The notes under the pieces: generated by a model
What the model was told of the DNA's origin: nothing
Databases searched by the model: none
What the model saw: only the letters and a program-made list of their open reading frames with translations
Program-made: the position numbers and the translations under genes
In this document: positions 28,413 through 37,246 of the stretch, in pieces
How positions within the stretch are numbered: position 1 is the stretch's first letter
Layout: each line of letters begins with the position of its first letter
Assembly: GCA_040393445.1 (NCBI GenBank)
Contig: JBEBUB010000001.1
Span: 1 to 45,421, forward strand
Length of the DNA stretch: 45,421 nt
Source: Flavobacterium beibuense
GTDB lineage: Bacteria > Bacteroidota > Bacteroidia > Flavobacteriales > Flavobacteriaceae
Direction: 5' to 3'

Positions 28413-30005
28413 TTATTCCGATTTTTTTACTCTTTTCAGTTGTAATAAATTAAGTGGATTGACCCCAAGGTTGTCCACTTTTTTTGATGTAAAACGAATT
28501 GCTTTGTCATAAAAAAGTGGTATCACAGGAGCTTCATTAACTACGATGCTATCCATTTTTCTGTAAAGTTCGAATCGTTTTTCGTCATCAGTTTCCAAAA
28601 ATGACTTTTCGTATAATTGGTCAAACATTTCGTTTTTGAAATGGGTGTAGTTAGGCCCGTTCGGAGCAAAATTTTGGCTATAAAAAAGTGAAAAATAATT
28701 CTCTGCATCCGGATAGTCAGCTATCCAACTGCCTCGGAAGAAATCTACTTTTCCTGTTGCCATTCCTTGACGTAAAGCAGAATTTGGCATTACATCTATA
28801 GCTACTTCAATTCCGATTTTTTGCCATTCTCTTTGCAGATATTCTGCAATATCAAGATACGAAGCATTCGTGCTCAATGTGATTCTAACCGGATTGTTAT
28901 TTTCTTTTTTGTATTCTTCAACTAGGGTTTTGGCTTTTTCATAATCGTATTGAAAACCATTCTCAAACCTTCCTTGCAGACCAACAGGGACAAAACCGTT
29001 TGTGGCAGCCGTTCCGATATTGTTTCTTAAATAAGCAACTAATTTTTGTCTGTCGAACCCATAATTCAAAGCCAGACGAATTCGCTTATCAGTCAAAATA
29101 GTTGGGTTGTCGAGTTTAAATCCTAAGTATTCCGTATTGAGATAAGCTCCTGAGAGTATTTCGATTTTATCCTGATATTTGGGTTGCAATTCGCCTTTCG
29201 GAGTCAGAATGTCATCTTTATAAGAGGCATCCAAACCGGAAATAAAATCAGATTTTCCTTGAACGAACTGTAAGAAACCGCTTTGTTTGTCAGGTAAAAA
29301 TGTAACTGCTACAGCCTCAAGATAAGGTAGCGAATTTCCATTTTCGTCTTTTTCGAAATAAATTGGGTTTTTTCTCAAAACCAGTTTTACGTTTTCTTCC
29401 CAGAACTTAAAAGCAAAAGGTCCTGTCCCGATGGGTTTTTTACGAAAATCATAGCTGTTTTGAAAGGCTTCTTTTGGAACCACCGAAGCATATTTCATGG
29501 TTAGCAATCCTAAAAAAGCAGGAAAAGGTTTTTCTAATTCAATTTCGAATAAGGTGTCGTTTGCGGCTTTTAAACCCTTCACATTTCTCATAATCCAAGC
29601 TCCGGGAGAAGCTGTTCGGGAATCTTTGATTCGTGAAAAACTAAATTCGAAATCGTAGGCATTCACCACTCGAGTGCTGTCTTCAAAAATCGAATTTTTA
29701 TGAAAATAAACATCATCCCGAAGCGTAAACACATAGTGTTTTCCGTCTTCAGAAACCGTCCATTTTTTTGCAATATCAGGCAAGATGTTCAAACTGTCGT
29801 CTAGCTGAACAAGCCCGTTAAAAAGTTGATTGGTAATCCAGATTTCGGCTTGAGTTCGTGCAAAAGCAGGATCTAGCGTAGCGATGTTTGAACTTTCGTT
29901 ATATCTAAAAACCAAATGTTCTTTTTCTTGATTGGTTTCTTTGGAACAAGAAAAGACAAGCAACAAAAAAGGGAAAAATAAAAAATACCTAAAATCCAAA
30001 CTCAT
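28413..30005 (-). CDS. ABC transporter solute-binding lipoprotein, family 5 (OppA/DppA-like)
   Basis: Lipobox FSC; TLDPA, LFNGLV, FTLR.DVYFH, PIGTGPF and W.ADYPD motifs. Confidence 0.88.
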   Translation of the reverse strand: MSLDFRYFLFFPFLLLVFSCSKETNQEKEHLVFRYNESSNIATLDPAFARTQAEIWITNQLFNGLVQLDDSLNILPDIAKKWTVSEDGKHYVFTLRDDVYFHKNSIFEDSTRVVNAYDFEFSFSRIKDSRTASPGAWIMRNVKGLKAANDTLFEIELEKPFPAFLGLLTMKYASVVPKEAFQNSYDFRKKPIGTGPFAFKFWEENVKLVLRKNPIYFEKDENGNSLPYLEAVAVTFLPDKQSGFLQFVQGKSDFISGLDASYKDDILTPKGELQPKYQDKIEILSGAYLNTEYLGFKLDNPTILTDKRIRLALNYGFDRQKLVAYLRNNIGTAATNGFVPVGLQGRFENGFQYDYEKAKTLVEEYKKENNNPVRITLSTNASYLDIAEYLQREWQKIGIEVAIDVMPNSALRQGMATGKVDFFRGSWIADYPDAENYFSLFYSQNFAPNGPNYTHFKNEMFDQLYEKSFLETDDEKRFELYRKMDSIVVNEAPVIPLFYDKAIRFTSKKVDNLGVNPLNLLQLKRVKKSE

Positions 30006-30011
30006 TATTTA

Positions 30012-30422
30012 TTAAGCCAAAAACCCGACCTCTCTTTTATATAAAGCATAGCGGCCAGACCCTATAAAAAACAAGGCCAAAGCACCAAGCAAATATAACA
30101 AGTTTAATTCGATTACTGGAGCTCCGGTTTGTCCGAGTACTAGTACTTCAGCAGCATGTGCCAGATAAATCGAGAAAAACATAAAAATAACTACAATTAG
30201 GGCAGAAATTCGGGTAAAAACACCAAATAAAATACACAAAGGAGCTAGAATTTCTCCGAGCGGAACTCCCAACCATAAAATCTCAGGAAGGTTGTTAGCA
30301 CTCAAAAGGTCTTTTATACCTTGAAATCCATTAACCATTTTGTGAATTCCATGAAAAAGAAGCAATCCTCCTACTCCAAGGCGAAGTAAGAATTTACCTA
30401 GGTCGAGTTTAATTTGTTTCAT
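30012..30422 (-). CDS. DoxX family membrane protein
   Basis: LLRLGVG.L.FHG..K, GE..A, G.FTR and GSGRYAL motifs. Confidence 0.88.
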   Translation of the reverse strand: MKQIKLDLGKFLLRLGVGGLLLFHGIHKMVNGFQGIKDLLSANNLPEILWLGVPLGEILAPLCILFGVFTRISALIVVIFMFFSIYLAHAAEVLVLGQTGAPVIELNLLYLLGALALFFIGSGRYALYKREVGFLA

Positions 30423-30545
30423 AAGGGATAAGATTTAAGTTTTTCGCTTTAAAATTACAAAAAAGTTTTGTTCTTTAACATAGCATAATTTTTTTTTTGA
30501 GAATGAGTGGCTTAGCTGATTGATAAACTTCTGCTTAGGAATCAT

Positions 30546-30553
30546 TACCTTTG
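30546..30553 (+). promoter_or_regulatory. -7 promoter element of the AraC regulator
   Basis: TACCTTTG 25 nt before the ATG. Confidence 0.6.
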
Positions 30554-30578
30554 CATATAGAAAATAAAGGATTGAGAC

Positions 30579-31148
30579 ATGACCGAAATAAACAACCTTA
30601 AAATCAAAAATATGGTTTGCGACCGTTGTATTATGGTGGTAGGACAAGTTTTTGATAAGGTTCAAATTCCTGTCTCGGAAGTGGTTTTGGGTGAGGTTAC
30701 CCTCGTCTATCCCATTACAGAACAGCAGAAAGAAGTCCTAGACAAAGAGCTTAAGGAGGTAGGTTTTGAAATCATCGAAACTCGTAAATCTCAAATTGCT
30801 GAAAAGATAAAAAACGAAATCACTGCTTTGGTTTTTGACCCAAAAGGAATTCGTTTGAATGAGAATTTATCTGATTATTTATCTAACAAATTGGCTCTGG
30901 AATACAGTTATCTCACCACTGTTTTCTCCGAAGAAGAAAACCTTTCTATAGAGAAATACTTCATTCTTCAAAAAGTAGAGCGAATCAAAGAACTCATCAG
31001 CTATGAGGAGTTTTTACTAAAAGAAATTGCAGACAAAATGCAGTATTCGAGTGTGGCTCATTTGAGTGCGCAATTCAAGAAAGTCACCGGGATGTCACCT
31101 TCAGCCTACAAGCAAAATCAAAAACGCCTTCCGATAAACAAGTTGTAA
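30579..31148 (+). CDS. AraC-family regulator with N-terminal HMA-like MxCxxC domain
   Basis: IKNMVCDRC at the N-terminus; C-terminal AraC HTH (EIADKMQYSSVAHLSAQFKKVTGMSPSAY). Confidence 0.85.
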   Translation: MTEINNLKIKNMVCDRCIMVVGQVFDKVQIPVSEVVLGEVTLVYPITEQQKEVLDKELKEVGFEIIETRKSQIAEKIKNEITALVFDPKGIRLNENLSDYLSNKLALEYSYLTTVFSEEENLSIEKYFILQKVERIKELISYEEFLLKEIADKMQYSSVAHLSAQFKKVTGMSPSAYKQNQKRLPINKL

Positions 31149-31196
31149 TCTTATAACTTCTTCTCAAAATTCTGTAAACGATATGGCGTAACTTTG
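31147..31196 (+). promoter_or_regulatory. copA promoter with candidate AraC-type direct-repeat operator
   Basis: AATCTTATAA (31147) and AATTCTGTAA (31168), 21 bp apart; TAACTTTG -7 at 31189-96; no TTTG at -33. Confidence 0.45.
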
Positions 31197-31215
31197 TATA
31201 GTTAAATCACGCATT

Positions 31216-33435
31216 ATGGTTTCAGAATCCACAATTACGAAGAGTTATCCGGTTATGAATCTTTCGTGTGCTTCGTGTGCAGGAAATACAGAAGCGGTGC
31301 TCAAAAACCAGGTGGGAGTTGTAAAAGCCGAGGTGAATTATGCCAACACAACGGCTAAAATCGAGTTTATTCCTTCGCAAACCTCTCCCGAGAAGCTAAA
31401 GCAAGCCGTTCAGGCAGCCGGCTATGATTTAATCATTGATGAATCGGAAGAGGCTAAAGAATCACTCGAACAAATCAAAGAAGATAACTACAAGCAGCTC
31501 AAAAAACGAGTTGTTGGAGCGATGATTTTTGCGGTTCCGCTGTTTGTTATTGGTATGTTTTTTATGGATATGCCGTATGCCAATTGGGTGATGTGGGCTT
31601 TATCTACTCCGATGTTATTTTATTTCGGGCAGCAGTTTTTTGTAGGAGCTTGGAAGCAACTGAAGCACAAATCGGCCAATATGGATACGCTTGTGGCTGT
31701 CAGCACCGGAACGGCTTATTTATACAGTGTTTTTGTGACTTTATTTCCTCATGTTTTGCATACGAAAGGCATTCATCCTCATGTGTATTTTGAGGCGGCC
31801 GGCATTGTGGTGGCGTTTATCCTTTTGGGGAAATTACTAGAAGAAAAGGCCAAAGGAAATACGAGTTCGGCTATCAAAAAGCTGATGGGTATTCAACCTA
31901 AAGTGGTTACTGTGATTCGTGGGAATTCCGAAAAGGAGATTCCGGTTTCTGAAGTGAATTTAGGTGACACTATTTTGGTAAAGCCCGGAGAGCGAATCGC
32001 TGTAGATGGAGAAGTCACTCAAGGCAGCTCGTATGTCGATGAAAGTATGATTAGCGGAGAACCTATAGCGGTATTGAAAGAGAAAGGGACCAAAGTTTTT
32101 GCAGGAACCATTAATCAAAAAGGAAGCTTCCGGTTTAGAGCCGAAAAAGTGGGCGGAGATACGGTTTTGGCTCAAATCATTAAAATGGTAGAGCAAGCTC
32201 AAGGAAGTAAAGCTCCGGTTCAGAAATTGGTGGATAAGATTGCGTCTGTTTTTGTCCCGATTGTGATTGGGGTAGCTGTTTTGAGTTTTGTTTTATGGTT
32301 AATGCTGGGTGGAGACAATGCATTTACACAAGGTCTGATTGCTTTTGTAACAGTTTTGGTAATTGCTTGTCCGTGTGCTTTAGGGCTTGCTACTCCGACA
32401 GCTATTATGGTCGGGATTGGTAAGGGAGCCGAAGACGGAATCCTGATTAAAGATGCAGAAAGCCTCGAAGTAGCTAAAAAAATCAATGCAGTTATTCTAG
32501 ATAAAACCGGAACCATTACAGAAGGAAAACCGTCGGTTACTGATTTGAAATGGATAGGTGATAAAACCGATGAACATCAAAATCTACTGTTCAGTATCGA
32601 AAAAATGTCAGAACATCCGTTAGCGGATGCGATTGTACATCATCTGAAAAGCGATAGCTCGTTTATCGAAAACATAGCTGTTGAAAACATTTCGGGTCAA
32701 GGAATTCAAGGAGTTTATAACAACAGAACCTATTATATTGGTAACCCGACTTTGATTTTTAACAAAGGAATTTTGATTTCGGATTCCGTTCAGGCAGCAA
32801 TTGACCAACGATTACAACATGCTCATACGGTAGTGCTTTTTGCAGATGAAACAGAAGTTTTAGCAATAATTTCCACTGCTGATAAGATTAAAGAAAGTTC
32901 CCAAAAAGCCATCGAAGCACTTCATAAAGACCACATCAAAGTCTATATGCTCACCGGAGATAATTACCATACGGCAAAAGCTGTGGCTGAGCAAATGGAT
33001 ATTGATGAATTTAAAGCGGGAGTTTTGCCTGCTGAGAAAGCAGACTTTGTCAAGAAGTTGCAGAGTGAAGGAAAGGTAGTTGCCATGGTAGGTGACGGAA
33101 TCAACGACAGCAATGCACTAGCTCAAGCCGATGTGAGTATCGCTATGGGAAAAGGGAGTGACATAGCGATAGATGTGGCTAAAATGACGATTATTTCGTC
33201 TGATTTGACGAAAATTTCTAAAGCGATTCATTTATCGAAATACACTTCGAATGCCATTCGACAAAACCTGTTTTGGGCTTTTGTGTATAACGTTATCGGA
33301 ATTCCTATAGCAGCCGGAATTCTTTATCCGATAAACGGATTTATGCTCGACCCTATGTGGGCGGGAGCAGCCATGGCGCTGAGTTCTGTATGTGTAGTAA
33401 GCAACAGTTTGAGATTAAAGTGGAAGAAAATTTGA
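31216..33435 (+). CDS. copA: Cu(I)-translocating P1B-1 ATPase
   Basis: HMA CASC, CPC, DKTGT, SEHP, GDGIND, YN and MxxSS motifs. Confidence 0.95.
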   Translation: MVSESTITKSYPVMNLSCASCAGNTEAVLKNQVGVVKAEVNYANTTAKIEFIPSQTSPEKLKQAVQAAGYDLIIDESEEAKESLEQIKEDNYKQLKKRVVGAMIFAVPLFVIGMFFMDMPYANWVMWALSTPMLFYFGQQFFVGAWKQLKHKSANMDTLVAVSTGTAYLYSVFVTLFPHVLHTKGIHPHVYFEAAGIVVAFILLGKLLEEKAKGNTSSAIKKLMGIQPKVVTVIRGNSEKEIPVSEVNLGDTILVKPGERIAVDGEVTQGSSYVDESMISGEPIAVLKEKGTKVFAGTINQKGSFRFRAEKVGGDTVLAQIIKMVEQAQGSKAPVQKLVDKIASVFVPIVIGVAVLSFVLWLMLGGDNAFTQGLIAFVTVLVIACPCALGLATPTAIMVGIGKGAEDGILIKDAESLEVAKKINAVILDKTGTITEGKPSVTDLKWIGDKTDEHQNLLFSIEKMSEHPLADAIVHHLKSDSSFIENIAVENISGQGIQGVYNNRTYYIGNPTLIFNKGILISDSVQAAIDQRLQHAHTVVLFADETEVLAIISTADKIKESSQKAIEALHKDHIKVYMLTGDNYHTAKAVAEQMDIDEFKAGVLPAEKADFVKKLQSEGKVVAMVGDGINDSNALAQADVSIAMGKGSDIAIDVAKMTIISSDLTKISKAIHLSKYTSNAIRQNLFWAFVYNVIGIPIAAGILYPINGFMLDPMWAGAAMALSSVCVVSNSLRLKWKKI

Positions 33436-33492
33436 GATATTAGATTTGAGTATTGAGTAGTAAGACAACTAAATAATAAAAATAATAATAAG

Positions 33493-33705
33493 ATGGAAAC
33501 ATTAAAATTCAAAACCAACATTAATTGTGATGCTTGTGTAGCCAAAGTAACTCCGGTGTTAAACGGAAACACTTCGGTTGAAAAATGGACTGTAGACACA
33601 CAAAATCCGAATAAAATTCTAACTGTAGAAGGCCAAAATATCAATCAACAAGAATTGATGCAGTCGTTAGAAAAAATAGGTTATAAAGCTACATTAGCAG
33701 AATAA
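33493..33705 (+). CDS. copZ: copper chaperone / HMA domain protein (CopZ-like)
   Basis: 70 aa, KTNINCDAC...IGY; directly downstream of copA. Confidence 0.8.
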   Translation: METLKFKTNINCDACVAKVTPVLNGNTSVEKWTVDTQNPNKILTVEGQNINQQELMQSLEKIGYKATLAE

Positions 33706-33706
33706 T

Positions 33707-33735
33707 AAAAAAACCACCTTTTGGGTGGCTTTTTG
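33707..33735. terminator. bidirectional terminator between copZ and trhO
   Basis: A-run CCACC-TTTTG-GGTGG CTTTTT. Confidence 0.7.
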
Positions 33736-33737
33736 TT

Positions 33738-35087
33738 TTATATCACTTTATATAGTTTGTCTGAAAGTCGGGTTCTGAAAGGAAGTTTAATCGTGATTTT
33801 ATCTTCGCTTTTTGCCGTTTCAGCGAAATCTTTATTCACGACCATTTGGTAGTTTTCTACTCTTTGTTCTCCGGTTGTAGGCCCCGAAATAATCAGAACG
33901 TCACCTTTATTAATGTCTCCACTCAAGGTAAATTCCGAAATTCCCGAGGCAGTATAATAATGAGTCGCTTTTCCGATAAGCTGTTTTTTGATTGTTTTTT
34001 TCTGTTGTTCTTGCTGTTTTTTGGCTTGAACTTTCGCAATGACTTCGTCAGAAGGTAGGGTTTTGAACTTCAAAGCAGGTGATTTTCCTTTTTTGAAAAT
34101 CTTATTACCGTTCATTTTTCCTTTGCGAAGTGCAATTTGTTCTGCCATTGGCAGATGAATCACTTCTACACATTCGGTTGAACAACAGCCTTCCATAGCA
34201 GCTGCACATTTTTCACATTGAATGAAAAGCAAATGACAAGAATCGTTAGCACAATTTGTATGTGTATCACATGGTTCTCCACATTGATGACATCTTGCAA
34301 TAACATCGTCTGTGATTCGTTCACCTAAACGGTTATCGAATACGAAATTGGTCCCGATGAATTTACTTTCGATACCTTGATCTTTGATTTGTCTGGCATA
34401 CTCAATAATCCCGCCTTCTAATTGATAGACATTTTTAAAACCTTTGTGTTTGAAGTAAGCACTAGCTTTTTCGCAACGAATACCACCGGTACAATACATC
34501 AAAAGGTTTTTGTCTTCTTTGTGTGGCGCCAATTGCTCTTCGATAATCGGTAATGATTCTCTGAACGTATCCACATCAGGAGTAATGGCTCCTTTAAAAT
34601 GCCCGACTTCGCTTTCGTAGTGATTTCTGAAATCTACAACAATCGTATTTGGGTCTTCAAGCAATTTGTTGAATTCGGCTGCTTTAAGGTGAATTCCTTT
34701 ATTGGTTACATCAAAAGAAGCATCGTCTAACCCGTCTGCTACGATTTTATGGCGAACCTTTACGGTAAGTTTTAAAAACGAAAAATCATCTTGCTCCACA
34801 GCAATATTCAGACGCATACCTCTCATGAAATCATAAGTATCTAAATAGGCTTTGAATTCGTCAAAACGGTCTGCTGGTAAAGAAAGTTGTGCATTTATTC
34901 CTTCGTGGGCAACATAAATACGTCCTAAAACTTCTTGGGAATTCCAAACCCGGAATAAATCGTCTCTGAATTGTTGTGGGTCTTCGATTTGAGCGTATGC
35001 GTAGAAAGAAAGGGTCAGGCGTTGTTTGCCTGAATCTTCGATGAGTTTTTTTCTTTCTTCGGCACTCAAAGTGTTATACAGTTGCAT
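33738..35087 (-). CDS. trhO: oxygen-dependent tRNA uridine(34) hydroxylase TrhO (rhodanese, YceA/UPF0176) with C-terminal extension
   Basis: LSFY.Y, GRIYVAHEGINAQ, D.RNHYE..GHF, YCTGGIRCEKAS, QLEGGI, NFVFD.R and a Cys-rich domain, plus about 100 extra residues. Confidence 0.9.
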   Translation of the reverse strand: MQLYNTLSAEERKKLIEDSGKQRLTLSFYAYAQIEDPQQFRDDLFRVWNSQEVLGRIYVAHEGINAQLSLPADRFDEFKAYLDTYDFMRGMRLNIAVEQDDFSFLKLTVKVRHKIVADGLDDASFDVTNKGIHLKAAEFNKLLEDPNTIVVDFRNHYESEVGHFKGAITPDVDTFRESLPIIEEQLAPHKEDKNLLMYCTGGIRCEKASAYFKHKGFKNVYQLEGGIIEYARQIKDQGIESKFIGTNFVFDNRLGERITDDVIARCHQCGEPCDTHTNCANDSCHLLFIQCEKCAAAMEGCCSTECVEVIHLPMAEQIALRKGKMNGNKIFKKGKSPALKFKTLPSDEVIAKVQAKKQQEQQKKTIKKQLIGKATHYYTASGISEFTLSGDINKGDVLIISGPTTGEQRVENYQMVVNKDFAETAKSEDKITIKLPFRTRLSDKLYKVI

Positions 35088-35121
35088 GCTATAAACAGTT
35101 TAAGATTAGAAAAATTTGGTG

Positions 35122-35129
35122 CAAATATA
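35122..35129 (-). promoter_or_regulatory. -7 promoter element of trhO
   Basis: TATATTTG on the minus strand, 35 nt before the ATG. Confidence 0.6.
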
Positions 35130-35209
35130 AGAATTTTTTGATTGAAGGCTGACTATTTTGAATTCAGGTTTTCTTCAAAATCCTTACTATGGAATTGTTT
35201 GTTCAGTTT

Positions 35210-35719
35210 TTACGAAAAAAGTGCCTTGAGCTCTGTAGCATCGTGAGGTTTCATTTTTCCGGATAAAACAAGGCTTAATTGCTTTCTACGAAGAGCAGCT
35301 TCATAGCGTTGCTTTTCTAGTTCTGTTTCAGGGATAATTTCCGGAACAGGAATAGGCCTTCCGGTTTCGTCAACAGCAACGAACGTATAAATCGCTTCAT
35401 TGGCTTTTGTTCTTATACCAGATTCACGGTCTTCTATCCATACGTCAAGAAAAATCTCCATAGAAGAAGAAAAGGCACGAGAAACTTTCGCTTCAACTGT
35501 AACCACACTTCCTAGAGGAATTGCACGATTAAATGCTACGTGGTTAACTGAAGCAGTGACACAAATTCTTCGGGAATGTCTACGGGCTGTGATACTTGCT
35601 GCTCTGTCCATACGGGCTAGGAGTTCGCCTCCGAATAAATTATTTAACGGATTGGTTTCTCCCGGTAGTACGACATCTGTCATTACCGTAAGGGATTCAG
35701 ACGGGGTTTTAGGTTGCAT
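35210..35719 (-). CDS. acyl-CoA thioesterase (YciA-type hotdog)
   Basis: N..NNLFGG.L...MD, VTASV, SSME and TFVAVD..G.P motifs. Confidence 0.9.
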   Translation of the reverse strand: MQPKTPSESLTVMTDVVLPGETNPLNNLFGGELLARMDRAASITARRHSRRICVTASVNHVAFNRAIPLGSVVTVEAKVSRAFSSSMEIFLDVWIEDRESGIRTKANEAIYTFVAVDETGRPIPVPEIIPETELEKQRYEAALRRKQLSLVLSGKMKPHDATELKALFS

Positions 35720-35728
35720 AAATGATTA

Positions 35729-36613
35729 TTATAGTAGTAATTTTCTTCTTTCTCTTGCCAATAAAGTGTTTTTCATTAGCATTGCAATGGTCATAGGGCC
35801 AACTCCACCCGGAACAGGAGTGATATATGATGCTTTTTTGCTTACGTTTTCAAAATCAACATCGCCTTTAATTACATAACCTTTTGGGTTGTTTTCATCA
35901 GGAACACGAGTGATACCTACGTCGATAACCACCACATCGTCTTTTACCATTTCGGCTTTCAAGTAGTTTGGAACTCCAAGAGCGGTGATGATAATATCAG
36001 CTTGAGAAGTGATTTGAGTAATGTTTTTGGTATGGCTATGCGTAAGAGTCACGGTTGAATTCCCTGGGAAACCTTTACGTCCCATTAAAATACTCATAGG
36101 GCGACCAACGATGTGACTTCTTCCGATAACTACCGTGTGTTTTCCTTGAGTTTCTACGCCATATCTTTCTAATAATTCTAAGATTCCGAAAGGTGTAGCC
36201 GGAATAAACGTACTCATATCCAAAGCCATTTTTCCGAAGTTTTCCGGGTGGAAACCATCAACATCTTTGCTCGGATCGATAGCCATAATTACTTTTTGCT
36301 CATCGATTTGTTTCGGAAGTGGAAGCTGAACGATAAACCCATCGATGTTGTCATCTTGGTTGAGTTCTTCGATTTTTTTCAGAAGTTCCACTTCAGAAGT
36401 TGTATTTGGCATACGGATAAGAGTCGATTCGAAACCTACTTGTTCGCAAGCTTTTACTTTGCTGGCTACATAAGTAAGGCTGGCTCCGTCATTCCCAACG
36501 ATAATGGCTGCCAAGTGAGGCACTTTTTCGCCTCTGTCTTTGATTTTTTGGACAATAACGGCAATCTCTTTTTTAATGTCCGCAGATGTTTTTTTTCCGT
36601 CTAGTAGTTGCAT
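35729..36613 (-). CDS. folD: bifunctional methylenetetrahydrofolate dehydrogenase/cyclohydrolase
   Basis: LLDGK, YxxxK, VQLPLP, KDVDG, GRSHIVG.P, DVGI and [11 protein letters not shown] motifs. Confidence 0.96.
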   Translation of the reverse strand: MQLLDGKKTSADIKKEIAVIVQKIKDRGEKVPHLAAIIVGNDGASLTYVASKVKACEQVGFESTLIRMPNTTSEVELLKKIEELNQDDNIDGFIVQLPLPKQIDEQKVIMAIDPSKDVDGFHPENFGKMALDMSTFIPATPFGILELLERYGVETQGKHTVVIGRSHIVGRPMSILMGRKGFPGNSTVTLTHSHTKNITQITSQADIIITALGVPNYLKAEMVKDDVVVIDVGITRVPDENNPKGYVIKGDVDFENVSKKASYITPVPGGVGPMTIAMLMKNTLLARERRKLLL

Positions 36614-36628
36614 TTGTTGTTGTGTTGT

Positions 36629-37210
36629 TTATTTATTGTTTTGTTGTTGTAAAATTCTTTTAGAAGAATCTGAAGCACAAATAAGTCCAGCTCCCATCAT
36701 AATAATATCTTTTAAGACCAGCCTACCTGCTCCCGATAAATAAGGAAATCCGAATTGTGGGGTAGGAAAGTCTCCACCTAAATTAGGAACATAAACTTCA
36801 GGAGTTGTGATTAAGAATGACAAAGTTACTAATGACATTCCGAAAGTAAGTAGTCCACCTATTAGGCCAATTTTAGCATACCAAATTCCTAAAAAAGTTA
36901 ATAATCCAATCACTATGATAACAGCTCCTAACCCATAAGAAAAAGTATAAGTTCCGTTTTCTTTGTGCCAGTCAATGTTTTTTTGGACGGTTTTTCCTTC
37001 AGGGTTTTTATATTGTTGGTATTCCGGAGCATCTTTTGTATAAAAGAATGACATCATGGGGCTGTTTGCTACAAATGGAACAATTCCGTCTGCCTCATAC
37101 TGAAAAGCTTTCAATCCGCCTATCCAAACCATAACGACTAGTATAGCTATACGAGTTATGTTGATGAATTGGTTTTGCAAGTTGGCTAAAATACTTATCA
37201 GTTTAATCAT
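36629..37210 (-). CDS. DUF417 family membrane protein (YkgB/RclC-like)
   Basis: WIGGLK...YEADGIVPFVANSP.MSFFY, TLSFLITTPE and GFPYLSGAGRLVLKD, closely resembling E. coli RclC. Confidence 0.88.
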   Translation of the reverse strand: MIKLISILANLQNQFINITRIAILVVMVWIGGLKAFQYEADGIVPFVANSPMMSFFYTKDAPEYQQYKNPEGKTVQKNIDWHKENGTYTFSYGLGAVIIVIGLLTFLGIWYAKIGLIGGLLTFGMSLVTLSFLITTPEVYVPNLGGDFPTPQFGFPYLSGAGRLVLKDIIMMGAGLICASDSSKRILQQQNNK

Positions 37211-37246
37211 AATTTCTTAAGTTCAGTTTTTGAATAAAAACAAAAA

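Noticed and set aside
30435-30665. 76-aa minus-strand ORF upstream of doxX
   Set aside because: It overlaps the AraC gene and its promoter and has no recognisable features.
30423-33737. cop locus as a mobile element
   Set aside because: It may look slightly more GC-rich, but there is no transposase, terminal inverted repeat or target duplication.
35400-35879. 159-aa + strand ORF, and similar ones at 18388, 27300, 32220, 36248 and 41960
   Set aside because: They are antisense mirrors of real genes caused by codon bias.
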